Shown here piece by piece: positions 1-9,010 of a DNA stretch of 64,000 bases. The stretch is from the IMG/VR virus record IMGVR_UViG_3300021958_000035, positions 1 through 64,000 of that record. The stretch is one strand, 5' to 3'. The DNA is from a virus (Duplodnaviria > Caudoviricetes). Within the stretch, counting starts at the first letter, position 1. Each line of letters opens with the position of its first letter. The notes below the pieces were generated by a model, which searched no databases, was not told where the DNA came from, and worked only from the letters and a program-made list of their open reading frames with translations. A program made the translations under genes and the position numbers.

Positions 1-46
1 AGTTATCTATAGTCAGCCATTTTCAATATTTTATTAAAGTACCCCC

Positions 47-75
47 TTGACATATGACGATACATACATTATAAT
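47..75 (+). promoter_or_regulatory. sigma70-type promoter, class A (TTGACA-17-TATAAT, CGAT in spacer)
   Basis: TTGACA 47-52, TATAAT 70-75, upstream TAAAGTACCCCC; the same architecture recurs in the window. Confidence 0.8.
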
Positions 76-217
76 AGTAGAACAGTACCTTACAAGGATT
101 CGTCTTACTCTAACAATACCAATCGAAACATGTTTAACAGTCAGTGAGAATAGCACAATTATAAGATCTCAAAGAACATAAAGAACCCTTTCAAATATCA
201 TAATGGAGGTGAGTAAA

Positions 218-415
218 TTGCAGGAAATTAAAGTTGAGAAAGGCCCGCCAAACCTTGACCGCGATGAGTGTGGTGACACTCCGGTAGTGTGGTCGCTAGA
301 TGGCGTGAACTGGGAGATATTTAAGATGGCTCTGTTTAGATCGATCCGGGAAGAGTCGTGGGTCAAAGAGATTAAGTATCATGCTGTAATTTGTATTTCA
401 AAACCATATTGTTGA
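218..415 (+). CDS. hypothetical protein
   Basis: ORF 203..415; GGAGGT RBS favours the TTG at 218. Confidence 0.55.
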   Translation: MQEIKVEKGPPNLDRDECGDTPVVWSLDGVNWEIFKMALFRSIREESWVKEIKYHAVICISKPYC

Positions 416-618
416 CGCTAACAAAATGGTGTACACGAGCCACCTAACAAAGAATATATGATTAATAATATGTCGCACTCTAACAATAAAGATTGCCAAG
501 ATAGCTACAGCCAGCGGTTTCGTAAATATTTCTCTGTCCTTATAGTATGTATATGCTATGTATCATGGGCAGTTTTTATTGCACTTGGGCGAGGGCTTTT
601 TTAAAAGGAGATAATTAA

Positions 619-1059
619 ATGACAGTAAAAGTTAAGCGTGGTCAAAAGATATGTTCACATTGTAATACAGCCAATGGTGTGCGTAGTTATGAATGTAAGA
701 GTTGTGGGCAAGAATTTACAATGAAGAAAAAACCAAAGGGCATCCGTAAAAAACAAGTAGAAAATTTTAAGACTCTACAAAAAGGCGATTGGATCAAAGT
801 TGTGGGCGGCTCTGGGCCATACTATGAAGATAGTGAAGGTGAGCGAGCATATTTCGTTAACAGAGGAAAATACAAAGTTGAGTATACTGACAATCAAGGT
901 ATACATGCTCATGGAGATTCTGGATATAATTATCTTTACATGGGTAAAAGTTGCCCCTCTCCTCTTTTAGACAGTATCATAAGATCACCATGTAAAATTT
1001 TGCTGTTAAAAAATATGACTGATCCGGCCCCGAAACGACGAAAATCTAGTCGCACCTAA
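619..1059 (+). CDS. zinc-ribbon protein
   Basis: AAGGAG RBS; CxxC...CxxC (CSHC, CKSC) followed by a basic beta-rich domain. Confidence 0.75.
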   Translation: MTVKVKRGQKICSHCNTANGVRSYECKSCGQEFTMKKKPKGIRKKQVENFKTLQKGDWIKVVGGSGPYYEDSEGERAYFVNRGKYKVEYTDNQGIHAHGDSGYNYLYMGKSCPSPLLDSIIRSPCKILLLKNMTDPAPKRRKSSRT

Positions 1060-1071
1060 TCCATACCGATT

Positions 1072-1114
1072 GTCTTAGCCCTATCCATCCGAATAGTCTT
1101 AGCCCTATCCATCC
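1072..1114. repeat. 19-bp direct repeat x2 (GTCTTAGCCCTATCCATCC), 24-bp period
   Basis: exact copies at 1072-1090 and 1096-1114, degenerate copy just upstream, then an AT-rich non-coding stretch. Confidence 0.85.
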
Positions 1115-1531
1115 CAGTCGCAAGCATGAGCATAGTCAGGCAAATATGAGTTATATATCTACTAATACATGTACCATACACACTATACAAAAAGAGGCTT
1201 TTACACACTAAATAGAGCTAAATGATGCGTTTTTACTGTGTTTTTAGCATAATTATAATTTACTTGTTGTTTGTTGAGGTGGTGTATTAACATATTATGA
1301 ACAACAAACCAGTTAAACATATTCATCATACTTCTGTTATTAGTATATATAGTATTGTTATTAGTATATTACCTGTATTTATTGATTATTTTGATCTTAT
1401 GGACTTGTAAGTATATAGCTTGGTAACTCCCCTGTTTTGTGTATACTCTCTTAGAAATTCCTAAAAACATAAACGTAATTTTCTTTGAGTGTAACATAAA
1501 AAGAAGAAAACTTAATCTTTAGGGGGGAAAA

Positions 1532-1789
1532 ATGTCGATTACTCCACAGCAAAATCAAGAATTAAAAGAGGAAATGCAACCAGTAATTGATGATCTGAAG
1601 AAAAAGGGAGTAAAATTTAACAGCACAGAATCAGAAGTCACCGGATTGGGTGACATTGTGGAATCAACTTTGCAGTCTTTTGGTGTCACAGAAGAGCGAT
1701 TTAAATCGTGGTTTAACTTAAAAGAGTGCAACTGTAAAGAGCGTAAAAAGTGGCTCAACAATTTATTTTCGTGGAAAAAGTCCAACTAA
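1532..1789 (+). CDS. small conserved phage protein (GLGD...CxC..R..WLN motif)
   Basis: AGGGGG RBS; GLGDIVE and CNCKERKKWLN motifs. Confidence 0.7.
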   Translation: MSITPQQNQELKEEMQPVIDDLKKKGVKFNSTESEVTGLGDIVESTLQSFGVTEERFKSWFNLKECNCKERKKWLNNLFSWKKSN

Positions 1790-1807
1790 CTTATAAGGAG
1801 ACTAAAT

Positions 1808-2158
1808 ATGTCTAATGAAGAAAAAAGAAACCCCGCTGGTAAGAACGTAGACAAGATTTGGAGCGTCGAATCCGCATCAGCAACATCCAGTTCAAGATTT
1901 GGTCACTGGGACGCTAAAAAAACAAAACCCAAACCTGAACCAGTAGCAGAAGAACCTGCACCAGAACCAGCACCAAAACCTGCTCCTGTTCAAAAGGGCG
2001 AAGGTTGGGTGTCTGGAACTACACTTAATAATATGGCAGATCATCTTAGAAGAGCAAAAAGATTGAAAATCACCATTGAGCAAGCTAAAGAATTGGTCTT
2101 AAATGATGAAGAAACCAAGGTTATTTATCAAAATCACCAAAAACAAGGAAAATTCTAA
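1808..2158 (+). CDS. hypothetical protein with Pro/Glu-rich linker
   Basis: AAGGAG RBS; PEPAPKPAP linker. Confidence 0.75.
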   Translation: MSNEEKRNPAGKNVDKIWSVESASATSSSRFGHWDAKKTKPKPEPVAEEPAPEPAPKPAPVQKGEGWVSGTTLNNMADHLRRAKRLKITIEQAKELVLNDEETKVIYQNHQKQGKF

Positions 2159-2168
2159 AGATGACCCC

Positions 2169-2196
2169 TTGACTTCGACGATAAGTATGATATAAT
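2169..2196 (+). promoter_or_regulatory. class A promoter
   Basis: TTGACT-16-TATAAT, GACGAT in spacer, upstream TAAAG...CCCC. Confidence 0.75.
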
Positions 2197-2254
2197 AAAT
2201 AGCGTGGCAAGCAATTGTCACGCTTTTTTTAACGACTTAGCAAAGGACAGTATT

Positions 2255-2806
2255 ATGGGATTGGATATTTTTTCTGGTCGTGGTGTTATCTTCACCTTAG
2301 ACGAATTTCTGCGTGTTATCAACGGCAAGAGCAAGGCAAGTGTTGTTGCTGCTTGTCTAACTTTCCACCAAAACCTTGTAGTAGACGCAAACCAGAATCT
2401 TGAGGACGAGTGGAAACAAGAGATTGCATCAACTTTCAAGCCTCTTGGCGATCTAAAAAGGTCCATGAAATTGGACGAGATCAGAGAAGTCATCGAATCC
2501 ACGGTAGAGGTTGGTGGCGAGGTCTCCAAGTACGGCGAGTGTTGGGTCAAGAAAGATAGCTTGGTGCAAGATTTATTTGTCAGTATTCTTGATGCTTGCC
2601 CACATGCAAATGATCTGCCACACATCCAAGAAGTTACCGCTTGGGGTTCAGGTCGCAACAATGGTTGGGATGTACCAAAAGGTGTTGCTTGTGTAGTTTT
2701 TGACTCAGATAGTTGTTACGAGCGTAAATTGTCCGATCAAGGCAAGGCGGTCAAAAAACTGTTTGGGAATTGTGATGAACTTGAATGGACAGAAATGAGT
2801 TGTTAA
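2255..2806 (+). CDS. hypothetical protein
   Basis: ORF 2204..2806; AAGGA RBS favours ATG 2255. Confidence 0.75.
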   Translation: MGLDIFSGRGVIFTLDEFLRVINGKSKASVVAACLTFHQNLVVDANQNLEDEWKQEIASTFKPLGDLKRSMKLDEIREVIESTVEVGGEVSKYGECWVKKDSLVQDLFVSILDACPHANDLPHIQEVTAWGSGRNNGWDVPKGVACVVFDSDSCYERKLSDQGKAVKKLFGNCDELEWTEMSC

Positions 2807-2825
2807 TATTTAAAGGATAAGAGTT

Positions 2826-3029
2826 ATGCAACGTGATCTTTTCGACGACAAGCGTTATTATTATGATTTTCAGTCTGATATTGCTGGCCTTGGCTCGCTG
2901 CGTGATACGCTGAAGGTAGCAGACACATTCAACCACAACGGTGTAACGTGGGAGATAATTGAACGAGAAGATATTAACCAGTGTTTTGTTATACAAAGGG
3001 TTAATCGTACAAACGATCAAGAATTTTGA
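2826..3029 (+). CDS. hypothetical protein
   Basis: AAGGA RBS, fits operon. Confidence 0.65.
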   Translation: MQRDLFDDKRYYYDFQSDIAGLGSLRDTLKVADTFNHNGVTWEIIEREDINQCFVIQRVNRTNDQEF

Positions 3030-3049
3030 AAAAACATTCAAGAGGAGGA

Positions 3050-3077
3050 TTGACATTGACGATACTTATGGTATAAT
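3050..3077 (+). promoter_or_regulatory. class A promoter
   Basis: TTGACA-16-TATAAT, GACGAT in spacer. Confidence 0.75.
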
Positions 3078-3102
3078 TAAACTCGTACCACCGGAGACAC
3101 AA

Positions 3103-3363
3103 ATGTTTGGAAAAAAGAAAATGACCATCAAAGACCGCCAAGAAATCGTTATCAACCAGTTATTTCAAGCCTGTTATGACGAATGGTGTGATGACCTGAG
3201 CGATGATCTAATCGAGATCATTGTCGAGATTGTAAGCCACAAACAGCAGAAAACAATGGAGGACATTTTCGGGGAGAGATTTTTAAAACTGGCACATCTT
3301 TTTATTGATGCGAGGAAATTACTTATTGAAATTGAGGAATTAGATAATACTGTGAATCAATAA
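3103..3363 (+). CDS. hypothetical protein
   Basis: GGAG RBS + ATG 3103 downstream of the promoter (the track's longer ORF overlaps the promoter). Confidence 0.65.
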   Translation: MFGKKKMTIKDRQEIVINQLFQACYDEWCDDLSDDLIEIIVEIVSHKQQKTMEDIFGERFLKLAHLFIDARKLLIEIEELDNTVNQ

Positions 3364-3377
3364 CGGAGGAAGATATA

Positions 3378-3563
3378 ATGATTACTGATCAATACCGAGT
3401 CTACCAATGCAGCAATGGTCGATATTCAGTTGTTAGTCGGCACGAGAACAAACAAGAGGCGATTGATGCGTGCAGCCACTTAAATGAAGCTGAACGTAAA
3501 GAGAATGGTGGTAAACTCGATGGGGGCCATTACTACCAAACAGACGTAGATGACCTTGATTAA
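3378..3563 (+). CDS. hypothetical protein
   Basis: GGAGG RBS. Confidence 0.65.
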   Translation: MITDQYRVYQCSNGRYSVVSRHENKQEAIDACSHLNEAERKENGGKLDGGHYYQTDVDDLD

Positions 3564-3594
3564 AAGACAATTGAAGATTGTTTAAGTTTACCCA

Positions 3595-3622
3595 TTGACA
3601 TTCCGATATTGTACTGTATAAT
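3595..3622 (+). promoter_or_regulatory. class A promoter (rIIA)
   Basis: TTGACA-16-TATAAT, CCGAT in spacer. Confidence 0.8.
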
Positions 3623-3657
3623 AGGCTGCACAACCAACCACTTTTTTGGAGATTACG

Positions 3658-5601
3658 ATGAAGTTAGAAACCCCACCACAAGACGTAGTGATCGCAGACA
3701 ATTTTGAGCAGCGTGACGTAGTTATTGGAGATGTCGCGTTCATTCTGGATTTGCTGAGTGATAAAATCTATTCTGATAAAGAATTAGCGGTCATCCGAGA
3801 ATTGTCCTGTAATGCTCACGATAGTCACGTTGTCGCTGGTACTCAGGACGTACCGTTTGACATTCATCTACCTACCCAGCTTGAACCTTGGTTCTGTGTC
3901 AGGGATTACGGTACAGGTCTAGCAGACAATGAGATTGCTGATATTTACAGTGCTATTGGGGTCAGCACCAAGCGAGATACCAATGAATTGATCGGTGCAT
4001 TTGGTGTGGGATCATTGTCTCCATACGCTTTGTGCGATGCGTTCACCGTTCGTAGTTTCAAAAATGGAGTAGTCAGAACATATCAATGTATGCGTGACGA
4101 GAAGCGAGTGCCAAAGGTTTTACCTCTAGGGTCAGCACCAACTGACGAGCCTAATGGTCTTGAGGTCAAGTTGACTGTCAACGGTAAGGTTAACGAGTTC
4201 GAGACTGCCGCTGAAAAAGTATTCTTATTTTGGGATGGAACAATTCCAAAGATCAACAACCAGCATGTAATTCGTAAGTGTCAAGAGATGCGTGACAAGT
4301 ACTTTTTCAAGGGTGATAACTTCGGCCTGACTCCATCTTGGGGTAGCATGTATGCTCTCATGGGTAACATCGCCTACAAGATTCCAGATTCGTTAGATGA
4401 GTTCGACGTTGACGGTTACTTAAAATTTGACCTTGGAGAGTTAGAGTTTGATACTGCTCGTGAGAATCTGTCGATGACCGACAAGACCAAAGCAGCACTC
4501 AAGGCTAAGTTTGCGTCAGTAAAAGATAGTCTCAGCGAGATTGCTATTGACCAGATCGAGGCAGAGGATACTCCGTTCAAGAAGGCAGCACTAGCAGAAA
4601 CTCTTGGCCAGCATCGCCTTGGTCATTTCGTGGGTCGCAACAACCTAGATTGCTATGCACTGCCCGAACCAGCAGAATCGGTGACGTACTGGCAGTCCAA
4701 CTATCGCGGCAGCGAGAAGTATCATACGAAAAACATCAGTGCAAATGTTAATGCTGAGTATTATCTGCACAAAGATCGTATGCAGACTCGTATTAAGTCA
4801 TACCTAAAAGATATGCCAAGTGGTCATACCTTATATATCTTCAAGGACTTGGCACAAGCGTTGGAGTGTAACATTCCAGTAGAAATGCTAAAGGACTTGG
4901 ATAATCTACCAAAAGTTCATCGTGTATCTTCTGGAACAACAAGTAAGTGTAAAACTTTACGGTTCAACTCCAATCGCGTGGGTTGGGGATACAGCGATCT
5001 CGGATACTGGCTTGAAACAGAGATCGAGATTGATGGTTCTGAGATTGTGTACGTTGAGATTAATCGCAACAAGCCTGTTGGTGGTAGTGGTGGGCTTACT
5101 GGTAATAATTATCAGATCAGTTCTACACTCAAGATTTCCAAGGAGCATATCGGTGAGATCAATTTGATTGGACTCAAGACTGCTTTCCTCAAGACCGCAG
5201 CATTTCGTAAGGGTGACTTTATCCATCTGGATGATTACCTTACGAGAGAGTACGCAAAGAAAGCACCAAAAACTTTTTTCGAGTTCAATAGTAGTGATCT
5301 GGATAGGTTCAAGTCGATCAACGAATACGTTGACCATGATGATGATGAAGTTCGTGAGATCGTTGAGCTTGCAAAAACCTGCGAGAACACTGAGGTTGCA
5401 GACATCTGTAAGAGTCTTGGCGTTGCTGTTGAGATGACCAAGTGTGACACGCTGCAAGAAATGATGGACGAATGGAATGATCGTCATAAAATGTTGACAA
5501 TTCTTTCTAAATCTGAGATCATGTCAAACAAGGCGATTGTTGCAGAATATATTTCTGGGACTTTGAAATCCTCAACATCCCGCCCTATGTGTACAGTATA
5601 A
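3658..5601 (+). CDS. rIIA: rIIA-like protein (N-terminal GHKL/HSP90-type ATPase)
   Basis: IYSDKELAVIRELSCNAHDSH, RDYGTGL, STK...IGAFGVG motifs; rIIB-like gene follows. Confidence 0.85.
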   Translation: MKLETPPQDVVIADNFEQRDVVIGDVAFILDLLSDKIYSDKELAVIRELSCNAHDSHVVAGTQDVPFDIHLPTQLEPWFCVRDYGTGLADNEIADIYSAIGVSTKRDTNELIGAFGVGSLSPYALCDAFTVRSFKNGVVRTYQCMRDEKRVPKVLPLGSAPTDEPNGLEVKLTVNGKVNEFETAAEKVFLFWDGTIPKINNQHVIRKCQEMRDKYFFKGDNFGLTPSWGSMYALMGNIAYKIPDSLDEFDVDGYLKFDLGELEFDTARENLSMTDKTKAALKAKFASVKDSLSEIAIDQIEAEDTPFKKAALAETLGQHRLGHFVGRNNLDCYALPEPAESVTYWQSNYRGSEKYHTKNISANVNAEYYLHKDRMQTRIKSYLKDMPSGHTLYIFKDLAQALECNIPVEMLKDLDNLPKVHRVSSGTTSKCKTLRFNSNRVGWGYSDLGYWLETEIEIDGSEIVYVEINRNKPVGGSGGLTGNNYQISSTLKISKEHIGEINLIGLKTAFLKTAAFRKGDFIHLDDYLTREYAKKAPKTFFEFNSSDLDRFKSINEYVDHDDDEVREIVELAKTCENTEVADICKSLGVAVEMTKCDTLQEMMDEWNDRHKMLTILSKSEIMSNKAIVAEYISGTLKSSTSRPMCTV

Positions 5602-5702
5602 TAAGAGTGTGCGGGTGAGGCGGCGTTCAGGGTGTCGTCCAAACCATAACCCGATGAAGTTGGATTCCCACCCCTCTTTTCTTTCAACCACAGGAGATTA
5701 CC

Positions 5703-6050
5703 ATGAGAACAAAAGCCAAAAAAAACACACAAAAACATAATGTTAAGCCAAAAGAACCACATAAGCCCACTATCCCTAATGATATTTTAAAGGTTTTCCT
5801 TGATCGTAATGTCACTAGGGAAGATGTAAAAAATATTACACAAGTAAAAGATGAATTCCTCTGGGAAAAGAATGGTGTAGAAAGATACCGAGTCAATATC
5901 TGGATGGAGAAAAGAATTGACGGTGCGTTTTGTAATAGGATCTATATTGGCTACACTTGGTTTCTACACTACAATCGTAAAGAGCAAACCATTGCCGACA
6001 AAACCCTTGGACGAGTTGAAAGTGAGGAAATTTCTAAAAATCTAAAGTAA
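5703..6050 (+). CDS. hypothetical protein between rIIA and rIIB
   Basis: AGGAG RBS; TATAAT at 5597-5602 upstream. Confidence 0.7.
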   Translation: MRTKAKKNTQKHNVKPKEPHKPTIPNDILKVFLDRNVTREDVKNITQVKDEFLWEKNGVERYRVNIWMEKRIDGAFCNRIYIGYTWFLHYNRKEQTIADKTLGRVESEEISKNLK

Positions 6051-6054
6051 CCCC

Positions 6055-6082
6055 TTGACAATGACGATAAATAAACTATAAT
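6055..6082 (+). promoter_or_regulatory. class A promoter (rIIB)
   Basis: TAAAGTAACCCC-TTGACA-16-TATAAT, GACGAT in spacer. Confidence 0.8.
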
Positions 6083-6123
6083 AGAATAGTCGAACCAATT
6101 ACTTTACTTTAGCGAGGAAAATT

Positions 6124-6948
6124 ATGCTTATTCACACTAAATCTAACGACAATCACTGGACTGTAGTTTTTAATGGTCAGCCTCATATGTTTGACCATAC
6201 CCACCCGCAGTACACTGGTCTTGTAGAGTGCGTACATGTTGGTGACTCTGACGAGTTTGTTCGTCTAATCAATACTGGTAGCGAGATCGAGAACTGGTCA
6301 GAGGGTAGCTTTGAGTTTCGTGATGGGTTCTTGCACTTTGAGGGCGAGCAGGTTGCCAATCAACCTACCAGTCGGGTCATTGAGATGATCCAGCAAGGTT
6401 TTCCTCATCAGCCCATGCTTAACTATTTGACAAATCTTTATGATAACGTGAGCGAACGTGCGGTTCAGGAATCCTACAATTGGTCAAGCCACAAGGGTCT
6501 GCCGATTACTGATGATGGTATGATGGTTGGCTACAAAGGTGTTCGATCTTATCGTGGCGATACTATTGATGTCAAGAATGGTGAACTTAACGAAGGAGAC
6601 CTAGTTGACATTTATACTGGCAAAACATTCCGTAATAATGTCGGTGACAAGTGCGGTATGAAACGACGACAAGTTTGTGATGACCATAGACAATCTTGTG
6701 CTGGTGGTCTGCATGTCGGTACTTACGAGTACGCTTGCGATTGGGCAGGAAACGCTGGCGTTGTTGTCTTGGTAAAGTTTAACCCAAAAGATATTGTCAG
6801 TGTCCCATCTGACTGTAGCTGTCAGAAGATGCGAGTGTCGGAGTACGAAGTCATCGCTATCGCCCGTGAACAACTTGAAGAAGCGGTTTATGAGAATTAC
6901 GATGACGATGATGAATTAGAGTTTTACGAATCAGAGGTAGGCTTCTAA
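6124..6948 (+). CDS. rIIB: rIIB-like protein
   Basis: LPITDDG..GYKGVR, C..GLHVG, VKFNPKDIVSVP.D...KMRV..YEV motifs. Confidence 0.85.
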   Translation: MLIHTKSNDNHWTVVFNGQPHMFDHTHPQYTGLVECVHVGDSDEFVRLINTGSEIENWSEGSFEFRDGFLHFEGEQVANQPTSRVIEMIQQGFPHQPMLNYLTNLYDNVSERAVQESYNWSSHKGLPITDDGMMVGYKGVRSYRGDTIDVKNGELNEGDLVDIYTGKTFRNNVGDKCGMKRRQVCDDHRQSCAGGLHVGTYEYACDWAGNAGVVVLVKFNPKDIVSVPSDCSCQKMRVSEYEVIAIAREQLEEAVYENYDDDDELEFYESEVGF

Positions 6949-6964
6949 TCGTGGTTGGTTAGAC

Positions 6965-7041
6965 AAAGAGGTTTTTGGTTAAAACTACGGTTTATTTCCC
7001 AGAACCTCTTTAGGGGTATGATTCGCTCTGCCCCTTTTTTT
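6965..7041 (+). terminator. hairpin plus intrinsic terminator
   Basis: AAAGAGGTT/AACCTCTTT stem, then AGGGGTA/TGCCCCT + T-run. Confidence 0.7.
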
Positions 7042-7060
7042 CTTTCTAGGAGACTTTGTT

Positions 7061-7279
7061 GTGCAAGACAAGAACAAATGTCTGATATTGAATGGGGATT
7101 GCGTTATGAAGAGTGAGCGAACACAGATTCAACAGAAGTTGATGGAAAACGCATTTGATACAACCTACTACGAATTGCAGGCGTTCAGAAAATCAAAAGA
7201 AGACTACTCCCCTTACAGCTATTTATTAGAAGATGGTGAAGACCTTGTATTTTTTGATGAGAAGACTTTAGAAGAGTAG
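7061..7279 (+). CDS. hypothetical protein
   Basis: AGGAG RBS, GTG start. Confidence 0.55.
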   Translation: MQDKNKCLILNGDCVMKSERTQIQQKLMENAFDTTYYELQAFRKSKEDYSPYSYLLEDGEDLVFFDEKTLEE

Positions 7280-7357
7280 GACTGGGAATAGTGTATAATG
7301 GAGTGGGAACGTGGATATTGTTAGGAGTCGCGTATCTTGCTCTTGGGAGCTATTTCC

Positions 7358-7741
7358 ATGTTTAAGCCTTGTAAAGCCTTTTTGTTTTTGTTAATGTCTT
7401 TTGCTGCCGGATTGATTTCTGTCTATGACAACGTACTGAGCGTAGTTTTCATGGAAACCTTGCCAGTAAATGAACAAAATCCTATGGCATCTAAAATCAT
7501 AGACCATATTGGTGTTGTGGGTTTGGTTTATATCAAAGCGGTCACAACTATTCTGGCTGTTTTGCTGATGTGTGTTTTAAGTTTCACAAAGTATAGGGTT
7601 GTGATAATACCAGTATTCATCTTTCAGTCCTTACTCTTTTATTATCTAACCTTTTACACACCTTCAGGAAGTTTTTGTGGAGAGACCGATTATTTTGCAC
7701 CACCTCTGGAATTGTTTTGGAGATTTTACACAGAAAATTAA
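7358..7741 (+). CDS. DUF5658-like membrane protein
   Basis: three hydrophobic helices with D...E.NP motif (YDNVLS...NEQNPMA). Confidence 0.6.
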   Translation: MFKPCKAFLFLLMSFAAGLISVYDNVLSVVFMETLPVNEQNPMASKIIDHIGVVGLVYIKAVTTILAVLLMCVLSFTKYRVVIIPVFIFQSLLFYYLTFYTPSGSFCGETDYFAPPLELFWRFYTEN

Positions 7742-7767
7742 ATACAAGTTATTGAGGGGAAGCAGAG

Positions 7768-7899
7768 GTGACTGTCTTTGCCGAAGAAGGCAAATCAAGT
7801 CTACCACCTTTGCCATTGGAAGAAATAGTTGAAGCACCTTTACCAGATCAGGAAGATGCGGTAAATGTCGAAAAACTTTATGAAGAGTTTGTTGAGTAA
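7768..7899 (+). CDS. small acidic hypothetical protein (43 aa, below track cutoff)
   Basis: GAGGGG RBS, GTG start, fills the gap. Confidence 0.4.
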   Translation: MTVFAEEGKSSLPPLPLEEIVEAPLPDQEDAVNVEKLYEEFVE

Positions 7900-8011
7900 G
7901 TGAACCTGTTTTAATCAAGGAGGAACGTAAAAGAACTACTAGTCGAGGAATCTTTAGAGACACAAGTCGTGAATCTAAATCTTATGGTTTAAAAATTTTT
8001 GGGAGAAATAA

Positions 8012-8419
8012 ATGAAAGTAATTTTGATGGTGGTCGCCATCTTAGCTGGATGTGTTGTGAGTAACGATGTTCAAGCACAGGACTGTTCATGTTCAAAGCC
8101 TAGCAAGGTTGTTGAATTTAGATGCCTTTCGCCCTGTGATGTATTCAGGGGTGTTGAATGTTATATAAAAGATGCAACGTGTAGAACTGCTCATGGTGCA
8201 GGTATGATTTTGTCAGCACCGTTTAAAGCAAAGATGTGTCTGCCTGAACCACAGGTATGGATCTATAAGCCTGCTGAGTGGCACTATAAGCCACCCGTTT
8301 TAAAAAGAGTACATCTATATGTACCTAAAATTAAAAAGGCTCCAGCGAGCGATCCTAAGCGTATGGTGCCTCCTCTGTACCGTTCACTAGAGAGTCATCA
8401 GTCTATTACGCTGTATTGA
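8012..8419 (+). CDS. secreted Cys-rich hypothetical protein
   Basis: signal peptide ending VQA, several Cys. Confidence 0.7.
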   Translation: MKVILMVVAILAGCVVSNDVQAQDCSCSKPSKVVEFRCLSPCDVFRGVECYIKDATCRTAHGAGMILSAPFKAKMCLPEPQVWIYKPAEWHYKPPVLKRVHLYVPKIKKAPASDPKRMVPPLYRSLESHQSITLY

Positions 8420-8449
8420 CTAAAGTTCTAGCACTAAATTATCTTTAAT

Positions 8450-8481
8450 AGGTCAGGGTCGAAAGATTCTGGCCTTTTTTT
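8450..8481 (+). terminator. intrinsic terminator
   Basis: GGTCAGGGTC-GAAA-GATTCTGGCC + T7. Confidence 0.85.
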
Positions 8482-8502
8482 GGATTTTTCTAAAGTTACC
8501 CT

Positions 8503-8530
8503 TTGACATTTGCCGATACTATGCTATAAT
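8503..8530 (+). promoter_or_regulatory. class A promoter
   Basis: TAAAGTTACCC-TTGACA-16-TATAAT, CCGAT in spacer. Confidence 0.8.
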
Positions 8531-8585
8531 AATAGGGTGCAACACACTAATCACGCTTGAGAGAGACTGATTATGAATAATTTGG

Positions 8586-8614
8586 TTGCATAACCGAAGT
8601 TTGTAGACTATAAT
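8586..8614 (+). promoter_or_regulatory. class B promoter (tRNA cluster)
   Basis: TTGCAT-17-TATAAT with GTAGACTATAAT. Confidence 0.7.
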
Positions 8615-8652
8615 AGTTTATAACGTATAGATATCATTTTATCTGCATTTTC

Positions 8653-8727
8653 GGGGTTGTACCTCAATTGGTTAGAGGACTCCGCTCATAACGGATGATG
8701 TTCTCGGTTCGAATCCGAGCAACCCCA
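8653..8727 (+). tRNA. tRNA anticodon CAT (elongator Met or Ile2)
   Basis: GGGGTTG/CAACCCC acceptor stem, TCCG-CTCATAA-CGGA anticodon arm, TTCGAAT T-loop; G1-C72 so not an initiator; CCA not encoded. Confidence 0.9.
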
Positions 8728-8730
8728 TTT

Positions 8731-8776
8731 GATGTAGCTCGTAGAGCTTACGGGGGTGCAATTCCCTCCCAGTCTA
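8731..8776 (+). pseudogene. 3' half of a class II tRNA (variable arm, T arm, acceptor 3' strand)
   Basis: AGCTC-GTA-GAGCT, GGGGG-TGCAATT-CCCTC, CCAGTCT-A, followed by the same ACTT end as the intact tRNAs. Confidence 0.55.
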
Positions 8777-8781
8777 CTTAT

Positions 8782-8853
8782 GGCTCTATGGTGTAAGGGA
8801 TAACATAACTCTCTTCTAAAGAGTTGATTTCCGTTCGAATCGGAATAGAGCTA
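8782..8853 (+). tRNA. tRNA-Arg(TCT)
   Basis: GGCTCTA/TAGAGCT acceptor, ACTCT-CTTCTAA-AGAGT anticodon arm, TTCCG-TTCGAAT-CGGAA T arm. Confidence 0.9.
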
Positions 8854-8933
8854 CTTAAAATTATCAACTACTGACTGACATAAGGAAATAAAATCTTCTA
8901 AACTTAAATCAGAATATTAGTATAGACACTTTT

Positions 8934-9007
8934 GGGAATATAGTCCAACTGGCAGAGACAACGAGTTTAAGCCTCGTCAAGTGCGGGTTCGAATCCCGCC
9001 ATTCCTA
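8934..9007 (+). tRNA. tRNA-Leu(TAA), short variable region
   Basis: GGGAAT/ATTCCT acceptor, ACGAG-TTTAAGC-CTCGT anticodon arm, GCGGG-TTCGAAT-CCCGC T arm. Confidence 0.85.
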
Positions 9008-9010
9008 CTT

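Noticed and set aside
8564-8776. AGACTGA (8564) pairing with CCAGTCT (8769) as a split or nested tRNA
   Set aside because: No D arm follows 8570, one pair mismatches, and the sequence is better explained as the RBS region of a short stub ORF
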